The notes under the pieces are model-generated. The model searched no databases, was not told the origin of the DNA, and saw only the letters and a list, made by a program, of their open reading frames with translations. Below are positions 7,956 to 15,296 of a DNA stretch of 26,930 nt, piece by piece. Both the position numbers and the translations under genes were made by a program. The DNA lies in IMG/VR virus record IMGVR_UViG_3300033402_000054, positions 1-26,930 of that record; one strand, given 5' to 3'. Position 1 is the first letter of the stretch. Every line of letters starts with the position of its first letter. Source of the DNA: a virus. Its lineage: Duplodnaviria; Caudoviricetes.

Positions 7956-8225
7956 ATGGGTCGTAACTTCCGCAACAAATGCCGAACCTGGACGCCCCAA
8001 GAGACGCTGGCACACTTCCGCGCGAGAATGGACGGCATGGCGGCCCAAGTGCTCCAGTTGGATGCCGAAATTGAGAACCACAACCGTCTGCACCCCGAAT
8101 GCCTAATCGCCAAGGACCGACCGGGAGATCGGCACTGGAAGGAGTGGATACGAGAGTACGCGCGTGGTGAGTGGGATTACGCGATCGACGAGCGGGGGCG
8201 AATCGTGGAAAGGCGAAAAGGGTGA
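7956..8225 (+). CDS. Hypothetical protein
   Basis: GAGG upstream of ATG 7956; fits operon packing. Confidence 0.6.
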   Translation: MGRNFRNKCRTWTPQETLAHFRARMDGMAAQVLQLDAEIENHNRLHPECLIAKDRPGDRHWKEWIREYARGEWDYAIDERGRIVERRKG

Positions 8226-8229
8226 GGCG

Positions 8230-8427
8230 ATGGGCGCCACGAAGATCGAACGACTGACCGAGCAGCGCAACCGCGCATGGCGGGTGCTGGCGACGATCGA
8301 GGATCAGTTGTCGCAACTGATCAGCGACTCTGAAGATATTCCGGGGATCGCGCTGCTGCTGGCCGATTCACACGGATCAAGCGACGAAGAGGAATGGAAC
8401 GCCGTAACGCGAAAAGGGAAATCATGA
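8230..8427 (+). CDS. Hypothetical protein
   Basis: GAGG then ATG 8230; stop overlaps next start (ATGA). Confidence 0.6.
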   Translation: MGATKIERLTEQRNRAWRVLATIEDQLSQLISDSEDIPGIALLLADSHGSSDEEEWNAVTRKGKS

Positions 8428-8864
8428 TCGAGATACCGCTGAACGAGCTTGAGGTCACAGTCGCCCGGGAATACCTGCGACTGCCGGAGGTGCAGCTTGG
8501 AATTTGGGACACGGCGATCCACGAGTGGTTTCCGGCGGAGCCAGGGGGCGATCCACGTTGCTACCACTGGGTCTATCGCTCGGAAACGGCCTGGTGTGAG
8601 ATTCCCCACCCGCTGACCGACGCCAACGCGCGGGATGCGCTGGTGGCGAAACTCAATCGCCGCGGATGGGACGTGGAGGTCAATTCCTATCCCACGAAAC
8701 CGGGAAGTGAGCATCCGGTCGAAGTGGAGTGCTATGCGATGCGGGGCGAAGATGCGGAGCAAGTAGGCTTTGTTTATTGGGCTCCCGCCGCCGGCGAGGC
8801 CGTCTGCAACGTGTGTCTGCAAGTTGTAAGGAGCGAGAAAAAAACCTATGAAAACAAGCCTTGA
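8424..8864 (+). CDS. Hypothetical protein, possibly phage ABA-sandwich (BC1872-like) family
   Basis: PHPLTDANARDALVAKL and APAAGEAVCNVCLQVV resemble the P.YSTD..AAW.VVEKL / A.TAP.AIC.AAL..V pattern; recognised from memory only. Confidence 0.5.
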   Translation: MIEIPLNELEVTVAREYLRLPEVQLGIWDTAIHEWFPAEPGGDPRCYHWVYRSETAWCEIPHPLTDANARDALVAKLNRRGWDVEVNSYPTKPGSEHPVEVECYAMRGEDAEQVGFVYWAPAAGEAVCNVCLQVVRSEKKTYENKP

Positions 8865-8965
8865 GCGGCTGCTGAAACTGAAAGTTGGCGACCAGGAAGA
8901 GGTCCGAACCATACCCGTGCCGAATTGCCGATCAAAATAGGCCCGAGCGGGCCGGGAGGTGGGAC

Positions 8966-9097
8966 GTGAGAGTTCTGCTTTGGCTGGGCTGCCTGTTATG
9001 GGGCCATGGGCCGTGGTCGGTAGTCTACAAAGTGAACGGCGAGAGGTGGCGAGAGTGTCTGTTGTGCGGACATAGAAGGAGAATACACGATGCCTGA
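8966..9097 (+). CDS. Small Cys/His protein, DUF1660-like
   Basis: GGAGG RBS, GTG start, CLLWGH.PW ... CLLCG motif; stop overlaps next start. Confidence 0.55.
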   Translation: MRVLLWLGCLLWGHGPWSVVYKVNGERWRECLLCGHRRRIHDA

Positions 9098-9380
9098 CCA
9101 GCCCTTCACCGCCGCCGAGCAACGCGCACTACAAGAAGGCGATTACGTGGAGGTGACGCGGCAAGTCGAGAGCGGGCAGCCGTGGGGCGGCTTGATCCGA
9201 CAGACACGCATTGCCATGGTAACACGCGCACCATACCGGTATTCAGAATCAGTCTGGTGTGTCGATGTCGGTGGCCGGATGGAGTTGCTTTCACAGTGCC
9301 GCCCTGTTCCAACGCCGCCTGATAAGCGGCGGCTTTGGACTGAGGCGGACGAGCGAATATGGAGAGAAAGTTATGCCTGA
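9090..9380 (+). CDS. Hypothetical protein
   Basis: AAGGAG RBS; starts MPDQPFTA, the same as the next gene. Confidence 0.65.
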   Translation: MPDQPFTAAEQRALQEGDYVEVTRQVESGQPWGGLIRQTRIAMVTRAPYRYSESVWCVDVGGRMELLSQCRPVPTPPDKRRLWTEADERIWRESYA

Positions 9381-9843
9381 CCAGCCCTTCACCGCTGACG
9401 ACCAGCGGCAACTCGACGCGGCCGTGGCGAGGATGAGCTCCGAGCCTTGGGACGTTGATGAGGAAGATGGGTCTCTAAGTTCGTGTGGCGGTAGCCTTGT
9501 CGCCGATTTCTATGTCGGTCCGGATTCGCAAGAGAAGTTGGATGCTGTTGGAATAGCTGCCCTCCGCAACGCTTGGCCTCGAATCAGTGCCCAACTCTCC
9601 GCCGACCGGGAGCGGATCGAAGAGTTGGCCGCGTTGCTGGAGCAGAAGGACGAGGAGATTGCCAACCTAAAGGAAGCATTCGAGCTTCGACATGGGCTGT
9701 CATGCCGCGGCGGTCACTACTACTGTGAGGACTGCATGGGGCAGGGCGGCCAGGACAGCGGCCCGCACAAAGCGGCACTTGACGCCGCTTTGGCCGTCAT
9801 TCGTTCAAGAGCCAAACCAAAGGAGAAACGCGATGACCGTTGA
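9373..9843 (+). CDS. Ead/Ea22-like protein
   Basis: SEPW ... DAVGIAALRNAWP followed by coiled coil resembles the TPGPW ... DA.FIAA.RN..P pattern; C-terminal Cys/His cluster; GGAG RBS. Confidence 0.55.
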   Translation: MPDQPFTADDQRQLDAAVARMSSEPWDVDEEDGSLSSCGGSLVADFYVGPDSQEKLDAVGIAALRNAWPRISAQLSADRERIEELAALLEQKDEEIANLKEAFELRHGLSCRGGHYYCEDCMGQGGQDSGPHKAALDAALAVIRSRAKPKEKRDDR

Positions 9844-10555
9844 CGAGCAAAATGTTCTGACGGAATTAGTGAACCTTGCGAACGGCTTGGATTCCAGAGG
9901 TGACGGGCTTGCGGTGGAAATTTGCCAAGCGGCTTTCCAAGAGATCAAGCGTCTACGCGCCCAACTCGCCAGCATCGGCGAACACGGCATAGTGCTGCCC
10001 CTGCTGTCACCCGAGGAGATCGCCCGATTGGAAGCGGAGGATGCGAAGGCGGCCCCCAAGTCCACGCTGCTTCCGTGGCGGAAGGGAGGTGCGCAGGAGG
10101 GACAAAGGCCAATAGATGGTATTGAGATCGTTTGTCTTGTGCGATACGTAACCGTGAATGGAACTGTAGAATGGGTCGCCAATCTCGGCCGCTATTTTGA
10201 GGATAGCGGGGAGAATTGCCTGGGTGTGTGGACAGATCGAGATGAAGACCTGGACTGGTACGATGTAATCTGGTGGCTCCCCGTCGCGGACCTTACCGCC
10301 ACGCTGCCCGGCGCAGCCCCGTCGCCTGAGGCGGCTGCCGTTGCCCGCGATATTGCCGCAATGGAGGCGATGCGGGAGCGGGCCGTCTATGCCATTCCGA
10401 TCGGGCGACTCCCGAATGTACGGTGGCTCGCCAGGATGCCTAATGGACACGACCTGCCGCCCAAGTATTTACCACTAGGGCCATGCAACTATGGTGATCC
10501 CGCCGATGCGATTCTGCGGGCGGCAGAAGCGGAGAAGGGAGGCGGCGGAACATGA
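9833..10555 (+). CDS. Hypothetical mosaic phage protein
   Basis: AAGGAG RBS then ATG 9833; central W..... V.WWLP segment is DUF551-like; stop overlaps next start. Confidence 0.65.
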   Translation: MTVDEQNVLTELVNLANGLDSRGDGLAVEICQAAFQEIKRLRAQLASIGEHGIVLPLLSPEEIARLEAEDAKAAPKSTLLPWRKGGAQEGQRPIDGIEIVCLVRYVTVNGTVEWVANLGRYFEDSGENCLGVWTDRDEDLDWYDVIWWLPVADLTATLPGAAPSPEAAAVARDIAAMEAMRERAVYAIPIGRLPNVRWLARMPNGHDLPPKYLPLGPCNYGDPADAILRAAEAEKGGGGT

Positions 10556-10854
10556 CAACACTGCGAGACCTGATGAAAGAACCGTTCCCCGAGGGCTGGG
10601 TTCCCACAGTCGGCGAGCAAATCGCCATCAAGTCCGACGCGGGGAAGGTCTGGGGCGGATGGGTCATTGCGGTGTTGGGCGACACCGTAAAAGCTCGCGT
10701 GCCCGTGTTCGGCGACGCGATATGGTGGCGGATGATCCGAGACGTGCGGCCGGCAGGTAGGCCGCCTCACAAGGGCCGCTACCGGATTCACTTTGGTTCT
10801 GATGGGCTCGCCTGCGCAGCCGAGTGGGTGCCGCCGATGAAGGGGTCCGTCTGA
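10552..10854 (+). CDS. Hypothetical protein (beta-rich, Trp-rich)
   Basis: GGAGG RBS, ATGA overlap with upstream gene. Confidence 0.65.
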   Translation: MTTLRDLMKEPFPEGWVPTVGEQIAIKSDAGKVWGGWVIAVLGDTVKARVPVFGDAIWWRMIRDVRPAGRPPHKGRYRIHFGSDGLACAAEWVPPMKGSV

Positions 10855-11027
10855 TGACCCCCGCCCAATCCGCCGCGCTGACAACCGCCCTCCGCTTTCC
10901 GACATCGGAAACGATCCACAACCGAGTAGTTATGCTGAGGGGGATTGGCAATTCAATCGTCCCGCAAGTCGCGGCGGCGTTTGTGAGAGCGTTTATGGAA
11001 GCCACCGACCGGAGCCCCGCCCCATGA
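10854..11027 (+). pseudogene. C-terminal fragment (motif X region) of a C5 cytosine DNA methyltransferase
   Basis: NRVVMLRGIGNSIVPQVAAAFVRAF matches the R..RL...GN.IVPQVA..F C-terminus of phage C5-MTases; no motif I or PC motif seen upstream; TGATG coupling to the previous gene. Confidence 0.7.
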
Positions 11028-11041
11028 CCGGAAAAAACCTC

Positions 11042-11070
11042 TTGACACACCGCCGGCCGCGCGGTAGAAA
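11042..11070 (+). promoter_or_regulatory. Sigma70-type promoter of the 11.2-15.6 kb operon
   Basis: TTGACA (11042-11047), 17-nt spacer, TAGAAA (11065-11070), with an A-tract just upstream. Confidence 0.7.
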
Positions 11071-11084
11071 GGCCCGCTGACGTT

Positions 11085-11172
11085 TTGCACCCGCCGAGAT
11101 CCTGCACCACCGGCCGTCTACCGCCCCATGCGGGGCACGGTGGGTGCAACGGTTCGGTGGTGTAGGATTTTT
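11085..11172 (+). ncRNA. Structured leader / attenuator-like RNA with alternative pairings
   Basis: Stem 11098-11112/11155-11169 followed by a T-run; upstream TTGCACCCGCCG (11085-11096) is complementary to CGGTGGGTGCAA (11138-11149) inside that hairpin. Confidence 0.55.
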
Positions 11173-11193
11173 GAACCTGTTTAGGAGAAACCC

Positions 11194-11409
11194 ATGTTGA
11201 CTTCCGAACAACGAGCAGAACTTGCCCACGTCCGCCAGCAGATCGAGGCCATGGACCAACAGAAGCCCGGCCAAGCACTGGCCGTCAACTGGCAGCGGGT
11301 GGTGTGCTTCCTCATCCCCTTGGGCAACATCGCCCTGGAGGTGGAAGGAATTCCGCCGATCCCATTGCCAGCGTTCTGCACCACGCCGGCGCCGACCCCG
11401 ACCAAGTAG
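11194..11409 (+). CDS. Small hypothetical protein with hydrophobic segment and Pro-rich tail
   Basis: AGGAG RBS at 11183-11187; first gene after the promoter and leader. Confidence 0.75.
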   Translation: MLTSEQRAELAHVRQQIEAMDQQKPGQALAVNWQRVVCFLIPLGNIALEVEGIPPIPLPAFCTTPAPTPTK

Positions 11410-11427
11410 CGTCGTTGTTTCGAGTCG

Positions 11428-11465
11428 GGGGCGCGGCCCTGCCAGCCTTCCTCGGGCCGCGCCCC
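11428..11465 (+). promoter_or_regulatory. Intergenic 12-bp GC hairpin (no U-tract)
   Basis: GGGGCGCGGCCC (11428-11439) / GGGCCGCGCCCC (11454-11465), 14-nt loop. Confidence 0.6.
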
Positions 11466-11488
11466 GCCTTCCATTGAGGAGTCCTGCC

Positions 11489-11674
11489 GTGCAAATCTCG
11501 ATGCCACGCCGTTGTCCAGAGTGCAACGATGGCAAGAAGGGCGACAAGTTCTGCATCGTCTGCCGGGGGTCCGGGTGGGTGCATCTGGTTCCGGCCGATC
11601 GACCTGCGCTGTCCGGGACGAGCAGTTTGACCGAGCAACTGGGGAAGCTACGTGACGAGGACGTTTTTGCATAG
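11489..11674 (+). CDS. Small DnaJ-type zinc-finger-like protein
   Basis: GAGGAG RBS, GTG start, CPECNDG ... CIVCRGSG. Confidence 0.65.
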   Translation: MQISMPRRCPECNDGKKGDKFCIVCRGSGWVHLVPADRPALSGTSSLTEQLGKLRDEDVFA

Positions 11675-11685
11675 GAGGCCAACCT

Positions 11686-11883
11686 GTGAAGCACGCGGAA
11701 CTGTGCCCAGTCTGCCACGGGAAGGGAAGACTCCCTTCCGACGACCGCGACTTCACGACGAGTAAGTGGGAACCAATCTGCCACGGATGTTCCGGGAGAG
11801 GCTGGGTCGAGGTTGGGAATGATCCTCCGTGCCCGACGATGTTTCCCCCTGCGATCTACACCTTGGTAACACGTCTCTACTGA
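11686..11883 (+). CDS. Small DnaJ-type zinc-finger-like protein
   Basis: AGGAGG RBS, CPVCHGKG ... CHGCSGRG. Confidence 0.75.
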   Translation: MKHAELCPVCHGKGRLPSDDRDFTTSKWEPICHGCSGRGWVEVGNDPPCPTMFPPAIYTLVTRLY

Positions 11884-11895
11884 AAGGCAAAGCCC

Positions 11896-12243
11896 GTGAA
11901 GCCCTTCCTCCGCTTTCTTGCCGTTCTGTGTGGCGTCCTGAGCCTGATGCTGGGAGTGACCTGGATTGTCCAGGGAAACGACTTCTTCCTCTACCGCGTC
12001 TTTGGACTTCGGTACGAGCAGACGCGGCGGGAGATTTTTGAGGCATCAAAGGCATATCGTCAAGGCGCAGTCCAGGAACTCCAGAACATGCGCTTCGAGT
12101 ACGAGCAGGCGAGCAAAGATCACAAGCAGGCCCTTGCGTCAATCATCCTGCATCGTGCGGCGGACTACGATCCTGAGATTCTGCCGACCGACTTACGGCA
12201 GTTCATCGACGGGCTGAAAGCTCACGCGGAGGTGTCGCCGTGA
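11896..12243 (+). CDS. Membrane-anchored helical protein
   Basis: One N-terminal hydrophobic helix followed by an amphipathic helical domain; GTGA overlap with the lipoprotein gene. Confidence 0.8.
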   Translation: MKPFLRFLAVLCGVLSLMLGVTWIVQGNDFFLYRVFGLRYEQTRREIFEASKAYRQGAVQELQNMRFEYEQASKDHKQALASIILHRAADYDPEILPTDLRQFIDGLKAHAEVSP

Positions 12244-12782
12244 AGTCGATTTACCTGATTGGCCTGTTGCTTGTGGTCGGTTGTTATGACGGTCGAAATA
12301 CCAGCGATGAGATTCAACGCCAACAGCAAGAACGGATGCTTATGGAGGGCACGTCTGCCGTAGGAATGCCGGCCATCAAAAACTTCCGCGAGCGACGGAT
12401 GCTCAAAGAAATCCTGGAGTTGCGCGATCAGACCAGCCTCGTCACCTACTGCTACCTGGAGAACCAGTTGCCGAATCCAGTAAAGGGTTACACGTCCCTT
12501 GGTGGCAAGCTGACGTTCCTCGGCGAAACGATTGGGTTTGGAATTCCTTACGCAACGCAATTTACGAATCCGCAGAAGCCGGCACGCTTGAATCCAGGTC
12601 CAGGACAAACTGGCGTTTCCCAGTGGGCAGTAATGGCCCAGGCCGATCCGAACGGCCTTTTTTCTCCTGCGTCAGCCGAGGGAACTTGGCTGTTGATGCG
12701 CGACAAGACCACCGGGCAGACGCGACCGCAGTACATCGAGTCTCGTGTGGTGGTGCTGACGTTCAAGTTGCCTTTGGATTAG
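12240..12782 (+). CDS. Predicted lipoprotein of unknown function
   Basis: MKSIYLIGLLLVVG-C signal with lipobox; conserved-looking motifs IGFGIPYATQFTNPQ and QADPNGLFSP..AEGTW. Confidence 0.8.
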   Translation: MKSIYLIGLLLVVGCYDGRNTSDEIQRQQQERMLMEGTSAVGMPAIKNFRERRMLKEILELRDQTSLVTYCYLENQLPNPVKGYTSLGGKLTFLGETIGFGIPYATQFTNPQKPARLNPGPGQTGVSQWAVMAQADPNGLFSPASAEGTWLLMRDKTTGQTRPQYIESRVVVLTFKLPLD

Positions 12783-12792
12783 GAGTTCTGCC

Positions 12793-13512
12793 GTGAAACC
12801 GCTTTTCATTTGCATCGCCTCTGCCGCCCTGGTCTGCGGGCTGGCAATCGCCGCCCAGCCGACCGCGCCCGTCTGCCCGCCAGGGGCCGTATCGTGCCCC
12901 GTGCCGCCCGTCGTCACCCCGCCGGCGCATGCCGATCTTGCCGCCGCCCAAATCTCGGCCGACACCGAGAACGACAAGCTCGCGAAGCTGGTTGCCGCCC
13001 GGAAGGCATCGCAAGACCGCGAGGATAAGGAACACAAGATCGGCAGCGACCTTGACAGGCAGATCGCGTCCGAGCGAACCATCGTCAATCAGAAGAACGC
13101 AACGGTGCAAACGCTGACTTGCAAGTCGTACCCGGTAAAACCTGTCCCGACGCCTGGCCCTCCGCCCCCGACACCACCGACGCCGCCAGTGCCCCCGACG
13201 CCGCCAACACCGCCGGCGCCAGTCGGTCTGACGTTGCTGGCGGCGATCCGCGACAACTGCCCAGCGTGCGACCAGCTTGCCCCGGAGATTCAGACGCTCA
13301 AGGCGGACGGCTACAAGATCGAAACCATCAACATCACCAAAGACCCGGGCGCCGGGGCGAAGTGGAAGATCACGGCGGTGCCAACTTTGGTGATACTTTG
13401 GGGTGGTAAGGAAACGGTTCCGGTTACTCGAAATGTAGGTTATGCAACGGAAGCATCGCTGAAAGTATGGATTGAGCAGGTCCGAACCTGGATACAGAAC
13501 CAGGGGAAGTGA
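12793..13512 (+). CDS. Exported protein: signal peptide, coiled coil, Pro-rich linker, thioredoxin domain
   Basis: AGGAG RBS; signal peptide ending AIAA; CPAC active-site motif and downstream ITAVPTL cis-Pro motif. Confidence 0.8.
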   Translation: MKPLFICIASAALVCGLAIAAQPTAPVCPPGAVSCPVPPVVTPPAHADLAAAQISADTENDKLAKLVAARKASQDREDKEHKIGSDLDRQIASERTIVNQKNATVQTLTCKSYPVKPVPTPGPPPPTPPTPPVPPTPPTPPAPVGLTLLAAIRDNCPACDQLAPEIQTLKADGYKIETINITKDPGAGAKWKITAVPTLVILWGGKETVPVTRNVGYATEASLKVWIEQVRTWIQNQGK

Positions 13513-13513
13513 C

Positions 13514-13702
13514 ATGGACGACAAGAGCGTCATCCAGGCTGCCTACGAGGACGAATTGAAAAACCTCTTCCATCAGTTTTTCGTTTCCTCCGTAGTGCGA
13601 CTCGAACACGTGGACAGTGCCGAACGATTCACGAATGGGCTCGACCGATTGCGAGCGGCCCGCGACAGAGCACTTACGATCATCCAGGCCCAAACCAAGT
13701 GA
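13514..13702 (+). CDS. Small helical hypothetical protein
   Basis: ATG 1 nt after the previous stop; fits operon packing. Confidence 0.6.
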   Translation: MDDKSVIQAAYEDELKNLFHQFFVSSVVRLEHVDSAERFTNGLDRLRAARDRALTIIQAQTK

Positions 13703-13709
13703 GGAACCA

Positions 13710-14627
13710 ATGCAAGCGGTAACCTTGACAACCGGCCGTCGAGTATTCAAAAACGGCTTCATCCCGACCCCGCGAAGCCGGCTGTTATCCCTTCCGAGCC
13801 GCGTCAGGAAGGCGGGTCCGCCGCCTCCGCCGCAAGTGTGCAACAGCAGCGGCGTCACAATGCAGATGGACTACAACGACACCTACGGCGATTGCACGGA
13901 CGCCTGCGTAGGGAACATCCTGGACGTGGTTGCCTTCATCCTCGGCTTCACCGGCAGCACGATTCCTGCCGCCAATGTGTTGACGTGGGCCAAGGCGCAC
14001 GGATTTCAAAACGGGGCGAACATCCCCGACGTTCTGACTGCCCTGCAAACCGACCCGATGGTCGACGCCAACGGCAAGGGCAGGATCATCGGGCCGTATG
14101 GTGGCGTGGACTACACCGACCTGAACGCCGTCTATAGCGCCCTGAGCCAAGATTACGCCCTGGACCTGGGCGTGAACGGCGACTGGTATCAAGGATTCGT
14201 CGGCAACGGGCCGGTAAGCGTGGCGCCGATCCAGAACACGCCGATCAATGCCGAGCGGCAGTTGAACCATTCGATTCCGGCCTTCGATTACGGCACTGCG
14301 GAATTTTTGGCGACCATGTACAGCCAGTTCTACAATTGCGCGATTGATCTCGGGCCGCTCGCGTCGCAACCGCAAATTCCCTGTATCGGCGACGAGACCT
14401 GGGCGGTGTTGTGCATCGTGCCCGTCGTCAGTTGGCAGAACACGACGGGCGAGTCCTGGGCGATCCAGTCGTTTCCGCCGCCGGGTACTGTGCCGACCCC
14501 AACGCCGCCCACGCCCAATCCGAATCCCAACCCCCATCCCTGCCGCCAGGCCATGCGGGAACTGGTCGGCCTCGGCCGGTACGTTGGCGGGATGATCGAG
14601 CGGTTCCACAAGAGTCTGGAGGACTGA
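13710..14627 (+). CDS. Papain-like (C1-related) cysteine peptidase
   Basis: GAGGA RBS; M.YNDTYGDC (candidate catalytic Cys), LNHSI (His), later ETW; PTPTPPTPNPNPNP tail. Confidence 0.6.
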   Translation: MQAVTLTTGRRVFKNGFIPTPRSRLLSLPSRVRKAGPPPPPQVCNSSGVTMQMDYNDTYGDCTDACVGNILDVVAFILGFTGSTIPAANVLTWAKAHGFQNGANIPDVLTALQTDPMVDANGKGRIIGPYGGVDYTDLNAVYSALSQDYALDLGVNGDWYQGFVGNGPVSVAPIQNTPINAERQLNHSIPAFDYGTAEFLATMYSQFYNCAIDLGPLASQPQIPCIGDETWAVLCIVPVVSWQNTTGESWAIQSFPPPGTVPTPTPPTPNPNPNPHPCRQAMRELVGLGRYVGGMIERFHKSLED

Positions 14628-14628
14628 C

Positions 14629-14736
14629 GTGCTGTCGGACAGCGACAAGGGGTTCTACGGCTGCTGCGGTGCGGTGGCGATCGCCGTGGGACTGGCTTGC
14701 CTGCTGGCCCTGTTTGCGAGGATGATTTGCCGATGA
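14629..14736 (+). CDS. 35-aa single-helix membrane peptide (not in ORF track)
   Basis: GGAGGA RBS, GTG start, MLSDSDKGFYGCCGAVAIAVGLACLLALFARMICR; stop overlaps the next ATG (ATGA 14733-14736). Confidence 0.55.
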   Translation: MLSDSDKGFYGCCGAVAIAVGLACLLALFARMICR

Positions 14737-15044
14737 TCGGCCCAACGCCCCAACTCATCCCCTGCTGCAATGGCTGCGATTTTGCGGTCAAGCCGGATTC
14801 TCCCTATGGCGGCTGCTGCTCGCATCCGAAAGCGCCGCGTGTGCGATCGCCAGAGGGGAGTGTGTGGGTCAATAGGAGCGCCCAGGGATTCACGCCGGTT
14901 GCCGAGTGGTGCCCGGTGTTGCGAGCGTCAACCTCCAGCCTCCCCGCCAGCGCCAGCGGTTGTACACACTGTCCCGGCTCGTCGCCGGCGGCAGCCCCCT
15001 TGACGGCCGGTGGCGCTGGTGGAGAGGCTGGAAAAGTCGCGTGA
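14733..15044 (+). CDS. Cys-rich hypothetical protein
   Basis: CCNGC..CCSHP..WCP pattern; coupled start; low-complexity C-terminal half is less certain. Confidence 0.5.
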   Translation: MIGPTPQLIPCCNGCDFAVKPDSPYGGCCSHPKAPRVRSPEGSVWVNRSAQGFTPVAEWCPVLRASTSSLPASASGCTHCPGSSPAAAPLTAGGAGGEAGKVA

Positions 15045-15047
15045 GCC

Positions 15048-15296
15048 ATGCACAACGACCTGAGCAAACGCTGTGAAATCCGCGCCCTGCTGGCCCACCA
15101 CATCGGCCTGGTGGCCGAGGACATGCGCAAGCCGGTGAAGCCGGAAGACGCCCTGGAGATCGCGGATTGGGTTCTCAAGGGCATCGTCGTAGCGTTGGAC
15201 AAAGGCCCGGAACATGTTACGCTACAGCCGTGGCCGCGGCACTGCGGCCGATCCGAGTGTGTTGCCTGTAACCCGTCAACGGAGGTTTCGCCATGA
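15048..15296 (+). CDS. Hypothetical protein with C-terminal Cys cluster
   Basis: Coding-like codon bias; HCGRSECVAC; ATGA overlap with next gene. Confidence 0.6.
   Translation: MHNDLSKRCEIRALLAHHIGLVAEDMRKPVKPEDALEIADWVLKGIVVALDKGPEHVTLQPWPRHCGRSECVACNPSTEVSP

Noticed and set aside
9344-9353. GGCGGACGAG complementary to the repeated CTCGTCCGCC at 999-1008 and 1080-1089
   Set aside because: A single 10-nt GC-rich match in a 27 kb GC-rich window is plausible by chance, and it lies inside a coding region.
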